From an uncultured virus (IMG/VR IMGVR_UViG_3300005437_000001) (Duplodnaviria; Heunggongvirae; Uroviricota; Caudoviricetes): 64,000 nt of DNA. The stretch is taken from the IMG/VR virus record IMGVR_UViG_3300005437_000001; one strand, given 5' to 3'. The first letter of the stretch is position 1; every line of letters begins with the position of its first letter. A model generated the notes under the pieces. The model worked only from the letters and a program-made list of their open reading frames with translations. It had not been told where the DNA came from and searched no databases. Shown here piece by piece: positions 63,597-64,000 of the stretch. The position numbers were made by a program, and so were the translations under genes.

Positions 63597-64000
63597 CAGC
63601 GAGTCAAATAGTAGTGTCCTGGTAGCAGTACTCGGTCCGGTGTATACTGGCAGGACCAGCTTCAGGCTGTGGGGAAGCAGCCGGGGCCGGAGCGGCCCAG
63701 AGTGCGCGCATGCCGGATGCCGACCTGTGGCCGGGACGACGGTCAGGAGACTGGTCGAGGCGGGACAGCCCGCAAGTCGAGACCCCCGGTGGCCGAAAGC
63801 ACGGGGGCCTCGGCGCTATAATGACGGAGTGAGATACCCCTTTGACGAGTGGCTGGACGGCCGGGAGTGGACCCTGGTCCGGCCGCGCGACTTCACCGGT
63901 CCGGCCGAGACGATGGTCCACAGGCTCAGGAGTGCCGCCGCCGCCCGGGGCCGCACTCTGACCGCCGACATCCAGCCCGGCGGCAAGTTCATCACGATAA

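Noticed and set aside
1..64000. Integrase/att site, terminase, DatZ (HD) gene, CRISPR array
   Set aside because: No supporting motifs seen in this window; they may lie in the part of the genome outside it.

Overview
The whole 64-kb window reads as most of the genome of a high-GC, tailed (siphovirus-type) actinobacteriophage. From 0.2 to 25 kb is the virion operon: portal, MuF-like protein, scaffold, major capsid, head-tail and tail genes, a tail chaperone pair with a -1 frameshift, tape measure and minor tail proteins. A reverse-strand sugar cassette (NAD epimerase plus two glycosyltransferases) occupies 25.3-28.4 kb, and lysis genes lie at 28.8-30.3 kb. From 30 to 57 kb are replication and nucleotide genes: Cas4-like exonuclease, AAA ATPase, SSB, primase-helicase, DinG helicase, PolA, JAB protease and RuvC-like nuclease. 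This region also holds a 2-aminoadenine (Z-base) module: a PurZ0-type synthetase, a MazG-like protein and an unusual NDT-dUTPase fusion, with no recognisable DatZ. Small genes, a tRNA-like RNA with an aberrant anticodon arm and an ECF sigma factor fill 57-64 kb. Two dispersed DNA motif systems overlay the genes. One is a bipartite TTCAGT...GGGAGGGGTGGCGCAG element with about 15 copies, spaced about 5 kb apart through the virion operon. The other is a TTGNC-N5-GNCAA palindromic operator sitting on about 13 promoters. No terminase, integrase or CRISPR array was seen. All product calls come from reading motifs by eye; no database search was run.
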